64,000 bases of DNA from Octopus sinensis. Lineage: Eukaryota. The translations under genes were made by a program, and so were the position numbers. Below, in pieces: positions 13,190 to 26,239 of this stretch. Under the pieces are notes generated by a model, which worked only from the letters and a program-made list of their open reading frames with translations, searched no databases and had not been told where the DNA came from. The stretch covers positions 9,238,001 to 9,302,000 of the forward strand of contig NC_042997.1 in assembly GCF_006345805.1 (NCBI RefSeq), in the 5' to 3' direction. Each line of letters begins with the position of its first letter. The stretch's first letter is position 1.

Positions 13190-14745
13190 ATTCTACTGAC
13201 AATAATCAAAACAAATATTTTTGAATGCTGGCCTACATGACACCTCAAAATATTCATGATATTAATATTGCTTTTTATGGTTGGACTATGGAATGGTATC
13301 AGAGAGTGGTTGCCACTCTATTCCTCAGCAAATATTTCATGAAAGAAATGATTCGGTGAAAGCTCAAAATTCATATCCTGCAAAGGCACAAGAGCCACAG
13401 TTTTGGGGAAGGAAACAGCCAATCGAATTGTCTGTAGCACCTACCTGACTGTTAGCTCTTATATATTGGTCTGTAGTAAATGAAAGACAAAGTCAACCCA
13501 GTTAAAATTTGAACACACAATGTAAATGGACCTCACTAAATGCTACAAACCATTTTATTCAGCACTTCTCCATGTCTGCCCTCCATTATTCTTCTGTGGA
13601 AATAATAAGAAAATGTATATATTTGAAAATGTTAACTCAACAATGGAAAATAGGTTAAACTTTCTGTGATGAAATTCAAATGCAACATCTTTTAATGTTG
13701 ATGTACTAACCGTTTTACATATAAATATACAAATAACTATACATCCATACATGTACAAAAACAGACACACACACACACACATGTGTGTGTATGTATATTT
13801 TATGTCTGTATGTATGCTTGTAAGTATGTACATGTGTGTGTGTTGTGTGTGTGTGTGTGTGTGTGCACGTGTGTGTGGGTGTAAGCTCAAAAACATGTTA
13901 CTTCTAACATGAAATGATATATGTTAAGTTAAACTTTTATTCTCCATTCATCTTATATATATATATATATTGATAGCAATTGTGTCCACAAGCAAGGGGA
14001 AGAAGTCAGTAAGAGAATAAAAGTTTTCAAATCTAAAGTGTTTCTAAAGTCTATTTAGACATAAAAACTCATGGGAATGATATGTTTCTGAAATCAACTA
14101 TGCACAAAAAGAAAGAATATAGCAGCAATAAACAAAATAACTGTTATCTATGATGGCTGATTTGTTTGCTTCGTTAGTTGGCTGGCAAAACATCGAAAGA
14201 TAATCTCTAGGAAAATTTGCTCAGCAAGCAAGACTGTATACTTAAAATATAAAGAGAGCAGTAGAGCAATTAAGAAAGAGGATAGATGGCTACATAGAGC
14301 GCATGCTTTGTTATTTATTTGAATTCAAAAGAAATATAAAAAGACTGTTAAGATACAAAACAGTCAAGGGGATAGATTTTTTGGTTTGTTTTTATGTGTG
14401 ATTGTGGGGGATTTTTTCTTTATAATAAGTCTAGTAAGTATGACTTCTGATCTAGTGTCCATTAGGTTGAGTCACATAATGCAGCAAGCTGGTAAAACTT
14501 GTAACGCTGAAACATTTGTTACATCTCATCTCTCTTTTCATTTTATAGTATCTTTCACTTCTAACATATTCTTGTTCTTTCGATGATTAACTTGGTTGGG
14601 TTTTCAAATGCCAGCTGCATTTGCATAGTAACTAGATTTACTTGTTATCTTCCTTTATTTAAAACAATCCTTAAAATTCCATAGAAAGAATAATGACACA
14701 ATTCCTTGTAGTCTAATGTAAGAATTATAAAAGAAAAATAATAAA

Positions 14746-14994
14746 TGTGCCCTTTTTAAAACCTAGCCAGGCTCATGGGCCCGGTTTCCTGGTTTCTATG
14801 GTGTATGTATTACCTAGCTGGACGGGACGCCAGTCCATCGCAGCGTTACTCATTTTTACCAGCTGAGTGGACTGGAGCAATGTGAAATGAAGTGTTTTGC
14901 TCAAGAAAACAATGCGTCACCCGGTCCAGGAATCGAAACCACAATCTTACGATCCTGATGCTGACACCCTAACCACTAAGCCATGCATCTCCAC
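14746..14994 (-). mobile_element. tRNA-SINE, head X + tail B
   Basis: A/B boxes TGGCTTAGTGG / GTTTCGATTCC; CORE-like TTGAGCAAAACAC...TTGCTCCAGTCCACTCAGCTG; tail GCGATGGACTGGCGTCCCGTCCAG. Imperfect TSD ATGTAAGAATYATARAA at 14716 and 14997. Confidence 0.8.
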
Positions 14995-15144
14995 ATATGT
15001 AAGAATCATAGAATGACTAATTTCCCTTAAAAAGAACTAGTAGAAATTTGCAAAGATAATTTTTCTAGAAGCATTAAAATAATACCTTTAAACATAACTT
15101 GAAATAACAATAAAGAAATAAATGATTTGTCAACTCAGAATTCG

Positions 15145-15269
15145 AAAGAAACCTATGGTTATGTGGTAAGGAGCTTGCTTCCAAACCACATTGTTCTGGG
15201 TTCGCTCCCACTGTATGGTACAGATGTCTTGTAAGTGGATCTGTTAGACTAAAACTGACAGAAGCTTCT

Positions 15270-15308
<39 letters not shown>

Positions 15309-15490
15309 ACATATGTGTGTCTTTGTGTCTGCGTTTGTCCCCCACCACTGCTTGACAACCAGTGTAGGTTTGTTTATATTATTGTAACTTAGTGGTTCAG
15401 CAAGAGAGACAGATGGAATAAGTACTAAGCTTGAAAAATGACAACAACCAGGCTCAATTTGCTTGACTAAAATTCTTCAAGATGGTGTCC
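15145..15490 (+). mobile_element. Decayed CORE-like SINE with internal (TG)n
   Basis: Colinear with the 17922 family, internally deleted. Confidence 0.65.
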
Positions 15491-15800
15491 TACATTTTGA
15501 CCAGAGAAATCAGATCTCTGATCTTTGTTCTTCTTGGTGCACATTGCTAGTGGGGAGGCCCAGGCTTATACTGTGAAGCCAGACAGATAAATGGTGTGAT
15601 CAGGCTTAAATTTCGATCGCATGACCACAATATCTATCTATTTAAATGAGTATGTGTATGCAAGTGTGAGTTTGTATTTCCTTTTGTCTACATAAGTATT
15701 TGCTATTTGTAAACAAAACCATTAAAATTTATATAAGCTAGATTGTTTGCTTGTATTCTGCCACAAAAGCACATCCAGGTTTCTTGATACAAAAAAAAAG

Positions 15801-16079
15801 TGGCACTCTGTTGGTTATGAGGATGAGGGTTCCAATAGAACAACCTGCTTGTGAAATTAACGTGCTAGTGGCTGAGCACTCCACAGACACACACACAGGG
15901 AGATTCAGTTGGTCCTTTGAATTACAAGTACAACTTATTTTTGCCAGCTGAATAGCTTGGAGTAATGCGAAATAAAGTGTCTTGCTCAAGGACACAACAC
16001 ACCACCAGGAATTGAACTCACAACCTTATGATTGTGAGCAAAAAACACCCTAACCACGAAGCCACCACCATGCCTTCAC
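15801..16079 (-). mobile_element. tRNA-SINE, head X + tail A (internally deleted)
   Basis: Homologous to 27186-27510. Confidence 0.8.
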
Positions 16080-16218
16080 CAGTGTCTTGATGCATGTTGA
16101 TATGCTGCATGAACTTTGTAAACAAAGCACGTATTCAAAATGCTGTTGTTTGTTTCCAGTTCTCCATGTAACTATATCTGGACAGTTTGTTGTTTGATAA
16201 ACAAGGAGATTAATTACC

Positions 16219-16560
16219 ATGCTCAGAAATAAGCACCATCCTCATCCTCATCCTCATCCTCATCATCATCGTCGTCATTGTCATCATCATCATCATCGTC
16301 GTCGTCGTCATCCTCATCCTCACCGTCATCATCATCATTTAACATCCAATTTCCATGCTGGTATGGGCTGGACAGTTTGCCCAGTGCTGGCAAGCAGGAG
16401 AGCTGCAACTGGTTCCAGTCTGATTTGGTTTAGTTTCTACAGCAGAATTTCCTTCCTAGTACCAATTGCTTTACAGAGTGTGTTGGGTGCTTTTTACATG
16501 GCACCAGCAGGCAAAAATATGGAACATTTCACGAATTTGCATGTCATCCTTACACAGGAC
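16219..16560 (-). mobile_element. RTE 3' module with (GAT/GAC/GAG)n tail
   Basis: Reverse complement of the 4338 family. Confidence 0.7.
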
Positions 16561-17457
16561 CATGCATCTATCTATAAAAATACTTTACCCCGTCATAGTC
16601 TCATCTGACACATGTAAGTATGGAAAAGTAGACTTTGTAACAAGGATGGTAACAAATGCCATACCGATACCAGTCTCCATATCCTATTCATCTCAGTGTT
16701 TATCCTTTCATATGGCAATGAGCTTAGAATGCAAGGAGCAAGAGACAAATGCTGTAAAGTCCTTCATCTACCATTCTAACAATTCCACCAATCAACCAAC
16801 TCCTGGAATGATAAAAGCAAATTTGACTTTGATGAGATTTGAACTCAGAACGCAGTGAGCCAGAACAAATACCATAAATCATTCTGTCAGATGCTTCCAT
16901 GGCTCACCCAATTTACTGTCTTTGAAACCATATTTCTCCAGTTTAGTATCATATTCCCCTTAATCTTTGTCCTTTCTCATAGCTACTTCTATTATTCCTG
17001 TAATTCAATTAAAATGAATGGTAATTTTTCAGTAATGTAAATATTTAGCAACAACACATTTCAAGGTTGGATGTTGTAGAGATTCAGATCAGCATCCTGT
17101 CACACTGTTGCTACCCTCTTTCCTTGGTAATAAATGTCATAGTCTAATTTCATCTAATTGTACACAGGCAAATCTATGAGCCTGTAAAAGCTTTTCTACT
17201 CATTCTCTCGATCTGCTAGAAATAGCAGTTGCATCTCTCCTAAATTTCTCTTACCTTATAATCAAAAGAACTTTACATTGAATAGTGTAACTGAGATGAG
17301 ATGTTCTTGGTTGAAATACCTTCACTTCAAAAATCTGGTTGGACATGGCCAATGTGATCCTAAGCAAAAACAACCTAACCATAAATATGTTATTTAGCCT
17401 TAAGTCATTCCTAAATAAGCAGTCATGTGATCAAAAATCTCCTTGCCTTTCTTTTAA

Positions 17458-17678
17458 CCCTTTCATTACCAACCCGGCTGAAACCGGCTCTGGCTCTGTA
17501 GTACAAATGTCTTGTTTTCATAAGTTTTGAATTAAAATCTTCCACCAAACCTTAGTCACAATTTATGTTCCTAACACTAACTTAATGATAACTAAGTTAT
17601 TTTACTAAATTCTTTGTTATATTTTAAATAACGGACAGAAACACAGAGCATCTTAAAAGAAATATGGTAACAAAAGGG
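17458..17678. mobile_element. piggyBac-type MITE
   Basis: TTAA on both sides (17454, 17679); TIR CCCTTTCATTACCA / TGGTAACAAAAGGG; second copy in opposite orientation at 60462-60685. Confidence 0.85.
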
Positions 17679-17921
17679 TTAATGTATATCTGACCACTAA
17701 GTGTGCAGCTTTGTGGTTTGGGCATTAGACATGTGGTCATAAAGTCATAGATTTGATACTCAGACTCAGCTGCATGTTGTGTCCTTAAGCAAGGTTTATC
17801 ATTTTGTATTACTTGAGTCTCCTTAGCTGAAAAATGAGTACCAAGTGATTGCTGGTGCAACCCTTTCTCTCCCTCAAACTGTCACATCTCTAACAATCTC
17901 CAGCATCAATTGTAGACAAAT

Positions 17922-18321
17922 AGGCATAGGAGTGGCTGTGTGGTAATTAGCTTGCTTACAAATTTCATGGTTCCATGTTCAGTCCCACTACGTGGTACCT
18001 TGGGCAAGTGTCTTCTACTATAGCCTCGGGCCGACCAAAGCCTTGTGAGTGGATTTGGTAGACAGAAACTGAAAGAAGCCCGTCGTATATATGTATATAT
18101 ATATATATGTGTGTGTGTTTGTGTGTCTGTGCTTGTCCCCCCAACATCGCTTGACAACCAATGCTGGTGTGTTTACATACCCGTAACTTAGCGGTTCGGC
18201 AAAAGAGACTGATAGAGTAAGTACTAGGCTTACAAAGAATAAGTCCTGGGGTCGATTTGATCGACTAAAGGTGGTGCTCCAGCATGGCCACAGTCAAATG
18301 ACTGAAACAAGTAAAAGAGTA
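17922..18321 (+). mobile_element. Full-length tRNA-derived CORE-like SINE
   Basis: AGGAGTGGCTGTGTGGTAA head, GTTCAGTCCC B-box-like, CCTTGGGCAAGTG CORE-like motif, internal TA/TG microsatellite, tail ACTGAAACAAGTAAAAGAGT. Confidence 0.85.
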
Positions 18322-19389
18322 GATCATGAAGATGTAAATATCTGCTCATAACTCTATGGCCATGGAAAACAATTAGCAAAAGCATATGAACTCTCAGATA
18401 ATTCTTGTTTGTGGGTGACGACCATGCTACACTATCATCTAGGAATGCATTACTTAATGTTGTTCTCTTTTCCAAGATGCACAGTGTGATTTGAAGGAGA
18501 TTTTGCAGCTGTTTCTAGCATTTTGGATAACCATGAGAATAATTTCATTCTTATGCAATATTTAACTAAAATCTTCCTGACAACAAGAAAATTACCACAA
18601 AAGAAAAAATATTCCTTAATTCCAGTATATTTTCACTACTTAGATTTTATATTTTTCTTCAACTGAAATGGTAATAAAAGCATTTTTTTTTATTTCAATA
18701 TTGAAAGTGTGTGTTTGTTTCAGTTTTTATTTTATAAAATACTTTAATTGGGTTGGAAGAAATAAAAAATTATTTTTATTTCTTTATTTCTTTTTTTCTT
18801 TTTTTTTTTTTTTGTTCAGAGATTTGTTCAGAAAGAGGTTTGTAAGGGAAAAATTGTACAATTATTTCATTTCATTAATATTCTAATAGCCTTTCTTCAT
18901 CTTTCAAAACACCATGTTTGATATTGTTTTCACAAGTTAATAATATTCATCACAGCCTCCGGTTATAAAACTCTCTTTTTTTGTTTGTTCTTACTTGAAT
19001 GGAATTTATTTTTGTATTATTTCTTTTGTTTCATTGGTGTTGCTTTCCTTTCTTTTAGCTTTTATTTTTTTTTTTTTTTTGTGGGTGGGGGGTTAAATGT
19101 CTTTAAGTATCAATATTTGTTTCCTTCCAATTCCATTCAAATAAAATATTTGTGTTGCAGACAACAAAACTGGAAATGATTGGGGTTTTTGGTTTTGCTG
19201 GTGGCATTCAATTGACCATATTCTTTGTTGATGAATTTTGGCAAGAATATGCATATTTCTCAAAAACGATGCTCTTGAGAAGAGTATAAATATGAAAGAA
19301 AAATCATAACTGAGACAAAAGCAAATGACATCTTTCAAACTAGGTGTCATTCATTGAGATGTAGTTTTCCTTTCATTTAAATCAGGTTT

Positions 19390-19760
19390 TGTATGCATAT
19401 CACATAATCCACAGATGCGAGTTCCCTGACTCTTTATGTGCATAAGTTATGTATGTGCAAGTATTTGTGTGATAATATGTACCTCTGACCATTAGTATGC
19501 AAGTTGGTTTCAAACGTGCTGTTATATCTTCCAAAAAAATTGACTAATCTAGTCAACCCAAACTTCAACACATAAGTTATTAGTTGTATGATAGACTGGG
19601 AGATTATTACTTTACTTGGAAACAGATAGGGTGTGTGTTAGGAAGGGCACATGGCTATAGAAAACTCTGTAGCGTTTTCTATCGCCAAAGTTAACATGAA
19701 GATGATCATGACAACAATGATGAAGATCATGATCTTGAGATGATCATAATCATCATGTTC

Positions 19761-19820
<60 letters not shown>

Positions 19821-20520
19821 GTGATGATGTTGATGATGATGTTGATGATGATGATGTTGATGATGATGACGACGATGATGATGATAATGATGATGATGAT
19901 GATGATGATCTCTTATTTTGGAACTCCTGGTTTATTTCTATGCAACAGTTGGGGTTACTACGACCAAGAGTTGAATTAAATATTGAATATTGAAATATGT
20001 GCCACTGCTGCAGACAATCCATTTAGCAATGGCACTGTGGAGTGTCCCAACAGGATAATGACTGAAGCAATGTAGAAAACATTAGGAAAGGAGAAGTATG
20101 AGTTGGGAGTAACCTTGGTGTGGGCTCTTAGTGCAAACAATTCCATTCCAGAATCACTCAAGACTAGTCCAAATGAAGTTGTATTTGATTCCAATGTTAA
20201 CATACAATCATCTAATTCTGACTGCTTACTTATTTCCTGGAAACCACAAGTAGTGACATGATTATATATTTAAATTCTCTTCATACAGCAAGAAATTTCC
20301 GTGGAAGTAAGAGCAAGTGAAAATTGTGGAGGGAACTTCAAGGAATTAGACTAATGAATGATTTTGTTGCTGGTGACTAAATCTATTACAGATGACAAAA
20401 CATCAAAAGATACCATGGATCTGTTGGTTAGAGAAAGGCACTTTGTATTTAGACATAGAGGGGGCATTCAACAGGATGCATCCATGTAAATTGATTAAAA
20501 TGCGCATGAACAAAAAGGCA
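19390..20520 (+). mobile_element. Degenerate copia-like LTR retrotransposon integrase, interrupted at ~19620-19905
   Basis: Broken frames give RAVISSKK, ISYFGTPGLFL, LNIEICATAADNPFSNGTVECPN, WALSANNS..SPNEVVF, LNSLHTAR, FVAGD*IYYR, FRHRGAFNRMHPCKL: integrase core (FGxP, SPxSNGxxE) plus C-terminal domain. Confidence 0.7.
19740..19908. repeat. (GAT)n microsatellite, tail of an RTE 3' module inside the integrase
   Basis: Poly-Met/poly-Ser ORFs; preceded by GTTAGGAAGGGCACATGGCTATAGAAA at ~19637. Confidence 0.9.
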
Positions 20521-20981
20521 AGATGATGCAGAAACTGTAGTTAGAAAACCTGAGGAAGTGAGGAAGACACAGATGCAATAAAGGAAAAAAAGTATGAAGT
20601 TCTGTCAAATGAAAAGCTTGAAGTCACCAATAAAGTTGTTGGAAGGATTTAAAAATAATGATGCAATTGATAGTATTAAAAGATAATAATGAAGCCAGAC
20701 GGAAATAAAATGGTGGAGTGTAAAATGAATGAATGAAAATAATAGAAAGAAGAAATTATGACCACACAGCCAAAGGTAAAAGGAAAATACTTGTCATTGG
20801 TTAATTATGATACAGAAACTTAGAATGATGATGGCTGGCATCCATGTCATTTGGAATCATGTGGATCGATGGAGAGAAGTATCCCAAGAAACTATTGAAG
20901 TAGATGAGTAGGAGAATGTAGTATAGGAGAATGTAGATAAGCTGACACTGAATTAGCTTTGCTGATTGACAGGTGATGGTC

Positions 20982-21380
20982 TTGTTTAGAGATTACGTGG
21001 GCTAAGACTACGTGCCTTTATTGGTCAGTTAAAGTTGAGACAGTGTCACATGACAACTTGCTGGGGCTACCTGCTGGAGCCTAGCAGCAGGTATTTAAAG
21101 GAAAAAATTTGACAAGACAGTCAGTCGCCCACTGACACTCGTTGACGCTACATCGAAGAGGCCAGGGAACAGAAGAAAGAAGAAGAAAGAAGACATGCAC
21201 CCAACACCAGAGCTGAAGACACCTCCGAAAGGGGAGACCCCACCATGTCAAAACGGTAGAGGACTAAGGGCCGAAACCGGACGTAGTTTCTCCTGATGAT
21301 GTCTTGAGCTAACTGGATCCTATAAAGGAGCTGTTGTGGTAGCAGACCACGAAACATGCTTGAAATTCCTTCCCAGAAAC
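20982..21380 (+). repeat. Unclassified GC-richer element (solo-LTR-like or pLTR-like)
   Basis: Sharp complexity and GC shift, TGTTT...AAACA ends, TATTTAAA box, two CTGANGA...CGAAAC motif pairs; no TSD found. Confidence 0.3.
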
Positions 21381-21959
21381 AAATAACAGAAATAGTTATT
21401 GTTAAATGTCAAAAAACTATGAAACATGAGGAATCATGGTATAGGAATGTGTGATTTATTCTGGTCAGAAAATCATATCAACAAGTTGAGCAATTACAGT
21501 TTCACCTATTTCAAGTGCTCAGCACTTCTTTATACAATTAGCATCTCCATAAAAGTACGTGCCTACTCTGCTTTCCTTTCAATTCATTTGTGGTTTGCTG
21601 TTCATGCACAGTAGTATTACACATCCAACAGAGCATTCATTCACCAATCCCATTACCATGTAGCAATGCACTTTGTATACAAATGTTCTTATTTTGACTA
21701 ATAGTATTCTAGTAGCCTTCATCTCTGCTATCAATTAGGTCATCAATATTATAAAAGTTATCAACTACGACAAGTGTACCTTCTGAGCATTTGACAGAAT
21801 TTGTTTCACATGCATTCATACTGGTAACTATCTATGCCTGTACACATGTCATGGAAGAAGTCTGCCTTCTCTGTCAACTTACCTCTGGTCCCCACCACAC
21901 CTGTTATGCAAGTAGAGTTTTCTGTATGTACATGTGTATGTGTCTGTGTGTTTGTATAT

Positions 21960-21970
21960 ATGAATGTATG

Positions 21971-22016
<46 letters not shown>

Positions 22017-22176
22017 CATATATACATATGTACGTATGTATATGTATATGCATATATATATATATATACATATATATATACATATATATATATACATATA
22101 TATATACATATATATATATATGTGTGTGTGTGTATATATATAGATATATATATATATACATATATATACATGTGTA

Positions 22177-22252
<76 letters not shown>

Positions 22253-22265
22253 CACATACATACAT
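21960..22265. repeat. Compound (CA)/(TA)/(TACA) microsatellite
   Basis: Source of the 100-190 aa YIYI ORFs in all frames. Confidence 0.95.
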
Positions 22266-22772
22266 ATGTACGTATGTATGTGTGTGTGTGTTATATCCAT
22301 ATATGTTTTGTATGTATGTGTTTGTATATATGTGTATACATACATGTATACTTGTGTGTGTATAAGAGATAAACAAGAGAGGTAGATATCTGTGAGGAGA
22401 TAGATGGCTGAAAAGCATTTCTCTTGTTAAATTTTCCGTTTATTTTTTCTTCCATAGGCTTTCAATATATGTGGATTAACTTGGAGATTATAACATTTTA
22501 AAAATGTAAAATGAGAAATTAGAACTATAGATATGCATCACGTATAGATTATTATGTCAAATAAAGCTTGTCAAATCTGTCAGTATTATGGTGCAATAAG
22601 AAATGTTTTGTTGTGTGGATGAGGAGATTGTATATTTTTGAATTCATGATTGTCAAATAAAAGTGAAAGAACAATGACCAAAAATCAAAAATGCCAGGTT
22701 AGATTAGAAAAAAATTGCAAACACACACTTTGAGGCACACATATACACACCACTCATCTGTATACAGGTGTG

Positions 22773-22811
<39 letters not shown>

Positions 22812-23660
22812 ATAGAAAGATAGATTGATGGAGAGAGAGAGGGATACAAACACCCATATACTGTTCCCCTCTTCCCCGTTATTATTTGCTGATAATCCAG
22901 AGGGAAAAAATAGGGATGACTGGTTTGCGCATGTCCATATTTGCATTGGTGGTGATATTGATGTTGTTCTTGTAGGAAGGAAAAACTCATTTGAGGTTTC
23001 ATGCATTGAAGGTAGTGATAGTTATCTTCTTCACTGCCTCAGAAATTTGCTAATGGTATTAGTACTACTCTTTCTGTTGATGTTATTGTGGCTGTGGTGT
23101 TGGTAGAGAGGTGGAAGTTTCATTTCTTTCTTTTCAAGACAGAAAGCGCTCTGTTGTTTGGTGCTACTGCTAGTATGGCACATAACTCTCTACACGAATT
23201 TTATAGACTCACCACTCTTGAAGTAAACTAAGTCAGGAATCTTGTGTGTGTTTCTAATAGTGATCAACGCCTGCCCCACCCTTTGAGTTTTGACTAGCTT
23301 TTGGGGTATTGATCTTAGATAAATGATATTTTCATGCTTCCATAGGATCATGATGGTGTACTTTTATATTAATTTCAGGTGGTATATTGCTGTCATTTTG
23401 GTTACTTACCACCCATATAGGATAACAGTAATAATAACTGTCTAGCAGAGAATGTTTTTGTAGCTAATTTTAGTTACATTTTAATTAAAACATAGGGTCA
23501 CAACTGTTCCAGATTGTCTTTCTTCTTTCACATGCTATATAGAGCCCCATTCTTCACATATTTCATTGTCTGAACTAAGTAAGTTTGTTGACTAATCTGG
23601 TCTTTCACTTCATGCATCTGTAATTGTGGATCCTACTTATGATTTCTCTTTTGATGGTTT

Positions 23661-23955
23661 AGTGGAGGCACATGGCCTAGTGGTTAGAGCAGTGGACCCA
23701 TAATTGAGGGATTGCCGGTTCGAATCTCAGACTGGGCGATGTGTGTGTTTATGAGCGGAACACATAAGCTCCAGCAGAAGGTAATGGCGAACTTCTGCTG
23801 ACTCTTTCACCACAACTTTCTCTCGCTCTTTCCTCCTGCATCTTGCAGCTCACCTGTGATGGACCGGCATCCTGTCCAGGTGGTGAACCTATACGCCAAG
23901 GAAACCGGGAAACTGGCCCTTATGAGCCAGGCATGGCTTGAGAAGGAACAAACAA
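23661..23955 (+). mobile_element. tRNA-SINE, head Y + tail B
   Basis: TGGCCTAGTGG / GGTTCGAATC boxes; 13 bp TSD CTTTTGATGGTTT at 23648-23660 and 23956-23968. Confidence 0.9.
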
Positions 23956-25236
23956 CTTTTGATGGTTTGAGCAAGTCAGGTCCCTGAAGAGGGTGTCTAT
24001 GTTTCTACCTGACTTCTACATTGATGGCAAACAAATATTGTCTTGTATATGTTGGTGGAGAAAGTGGCAGCGAAGATGTTTCTTTTGTTGGTGATAGAGT
24101 TGATGGTGGATACAGTATTATAGTTTATGAGAGCTGTTGTAACATTTGTTTTTATTACAATAATGACAGTAGTGGACGTGTCAGTCACATTGTGGTTACT
24201 GTTGTTATTGCTGTTGTTGGCCACTATTGATGGAGCAAATGTGTAGTTTATGTTGTTGGCAATGCTAGTAGTGAGAGTTTAGTTTCAACTTTTCCAATTT
24301 AACATTTGAATTCTTCTTGGAATAATGCATTTAACTACACTCCTGTGCTGTACAGAAATAAGTACCAGTAATATACAAAATTCCATTCACTTCATTACAG
24401 CTTTGTTTTCTATAAAACCTGGCTCTGAGCTTATATAATACAATTTTGCAAACTATATTATCTTTGAAAGAATGAAATCAATTTAACAGCTACTAACTTC
24501 TCTCCGTCTGAGGAATTGTGCTTAATTTGCCATTCTTACAGCTATATGGTTAAGCATGATTGATTGCTTCTAACAATGTTTCTTTAGCAACGTTAATTGC
24601 TCTTCCTAAGGATTAACATTGGCCTGTAAAGGAATTTGACAGCACTGGTTTTCTTATAATCAAAGGAAAATTTATTTAAATAGCATATGGGAATAGTAGA
24701 GTCACAGATCACCAAGTTAATATGATGCTTACTTACTGGTCCTGGGTTCAAAAGTTCATATTCTCATGGTATTCTGCTGTGTCTTCAGCCAATCTACTAC
24801 TTACTCAACAACCCAGTCAGCCTATTTGTATAACAGAACTCTTTTATATAAGGAATAAGAATATTATACAAGAATTTCATTAGCTTAACTTTCAGGAGAC
24901 CTGTCCACTTGACTGTTACAGATTACTTGCAACACAATAACAGAGAGTAAGAGCAGCACTAGTAAACTATTGTCTTTTCTTTCCTCGTACTGTTAACTCT
25001 ACTTTTTCCTTTGATACAAAAGTAAGAGGGATGCATTCTGCCAGGATATACATAGGCAAATTATATTAAGGCAAAATCTTCAATAGTTTCACAGCAACTT
25101 ATTTATTTATGAGATTCTCGCAGAAGATTTTTAAAGGCCACATATTTTAAACCAAGGCAGTAAAATTCTAATTCTAGGCCATAAATAATATGCAGTAGTG
25201 ACCAGGCATTTCCTCATTCAATGTTTACTATTCCAG

Positions 25237-25420
25237 GTATAGTTATAGTACATGACTTGGAGTCACACGTGAGCCTTGTAGAGTACCAGTATCTGGTGAT
25301 GGATGAAATAATTTCTGTTTCTGAAAAGGAAGACAGTCTTGGGAATGTGATCCTAGCAATGTTAAGGATGTGCTTTCACAAAGAGAGATCATCACTGATA
25401 ATAGAGGCTCAACATTTGGA
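25237..25420 (+). CDS. Candidate internal exon (unidentified protein) or ancient RTE relic
   Basis: ttactattccag acceptor, open 184 nt (phase 1 to 2; IVIVHDLESH...LIIEAQHL), GA|gtgagt donor. Other frames show weak RTE-like patches. Confidence 0.3.
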
Positions 25421-25496
25421 GTGAGTGAGTTTCCTAGCAGATTTCTGCTGACATTTAGTGGGACAGTGGTACACTGGTATTTTTTATTTATGTGAA

Positions 25497-25735
25497 AGGC
25501 GGAGAGCTGGCAGAAACGTTAGCACGTCGGGCGAAATGCTTAGCAGTATTTCGTCTGCCATTACGTTGTGAGTTCAAATTCCGCCGAGGTCAACTTTACC
25601 TTTCATCCTTTCGGGGTCGATAAAGTAAGTACCAGTTACGCACTGGGGTCGATGTAATCGACTTAATACCTATGTCTGTCCTTGTTTGTCCCCTCTATGT
25701 TTAGCCCCTTGTGGGTAATAAAAAAATAGGTATTT
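25497..25735 (+). mobile_element. Full-length Meta-like SINE
   Basis: GGCGGAGAGCTGGCAGAAACGTTAGCAC head, GTTCAAATTCC, CCTTTCATCCTTTCGGGGTCGATAAA..AAGTACC, tail GGGTAATAAAAAAATAGG. Confidence 0.85.
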
Positions 25736-25800
25736 TTTTTATTTATGTGAGTAGTGATTGAGCATTTTATGCTGCTAAAAGAAATAAAATTGTCATGGAC

Positions 25801-25860
25801 CCACTGAAGAATGCTTTCAAGGTATTAATGCAGGTTTAGCATGATATGGCTAGGCTATGG
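25801..25860 (+). ncRNA. Decayed type I HHR
   Basis: CCA-CTGAAGA-ATGCT...AGCAT-GATA (GAAA mutated)-TGGCTAGGCTA-TGG; stems I and II pair, stem III damaged. Confidence 0.35.
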
Positions 25861-26193
25861 AAAATGCATGATTAGGAAAAGTTAAGGAGAAATAAAGGGT
25901 AATGTCATCTGTATAATAGCAGGCATTGCTGAATATGGAAGCAATTAAGTTATTGATATACACACACACATATATGTAGATGTATCTTGCCCTCTTGATT
26001 TACAGAGGGTAAATGCACCCTTTATCCTCTGTAGAGTGGTTAGTGTCAGAAAAGGCATCCAGCCATGCAAACCAAGCCAAAAATGAAATTCAAGTCCTCC
26101 AGCCTATCTTCAAAACACATGGTAACTTTGACCATGACAACTCATAGAACCCATTCTGGCATGAAAAGCAAGCATAAAACAATGATGATAATG

Positions 26194-26239
<46 letters not shown>

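Noticed and set aside
19175-19303. Open 42-codon segment after a strong acceptor (TTKLEMIGVFGFAGG...)
   Set aside because: Ends in a stop without a good donor and has no support beyond the acceptor.
21791-22418. Long ORFs of 100-190 aa rich in YI/CV/HT (also near 5500-6200, 47000-47530, 53170-53560, 62550-62930)
   Set aside because: Translations of TA/CA/TG microsatellites, which lack stop codons and are open in several frames on both strands.
22754-24230. ORFs with Q/H- or N/T-rich composition
   Set aside because: Decayed trinucleotide-type low-complexity sequence, no convincing splice pairs, no recognisable domain.
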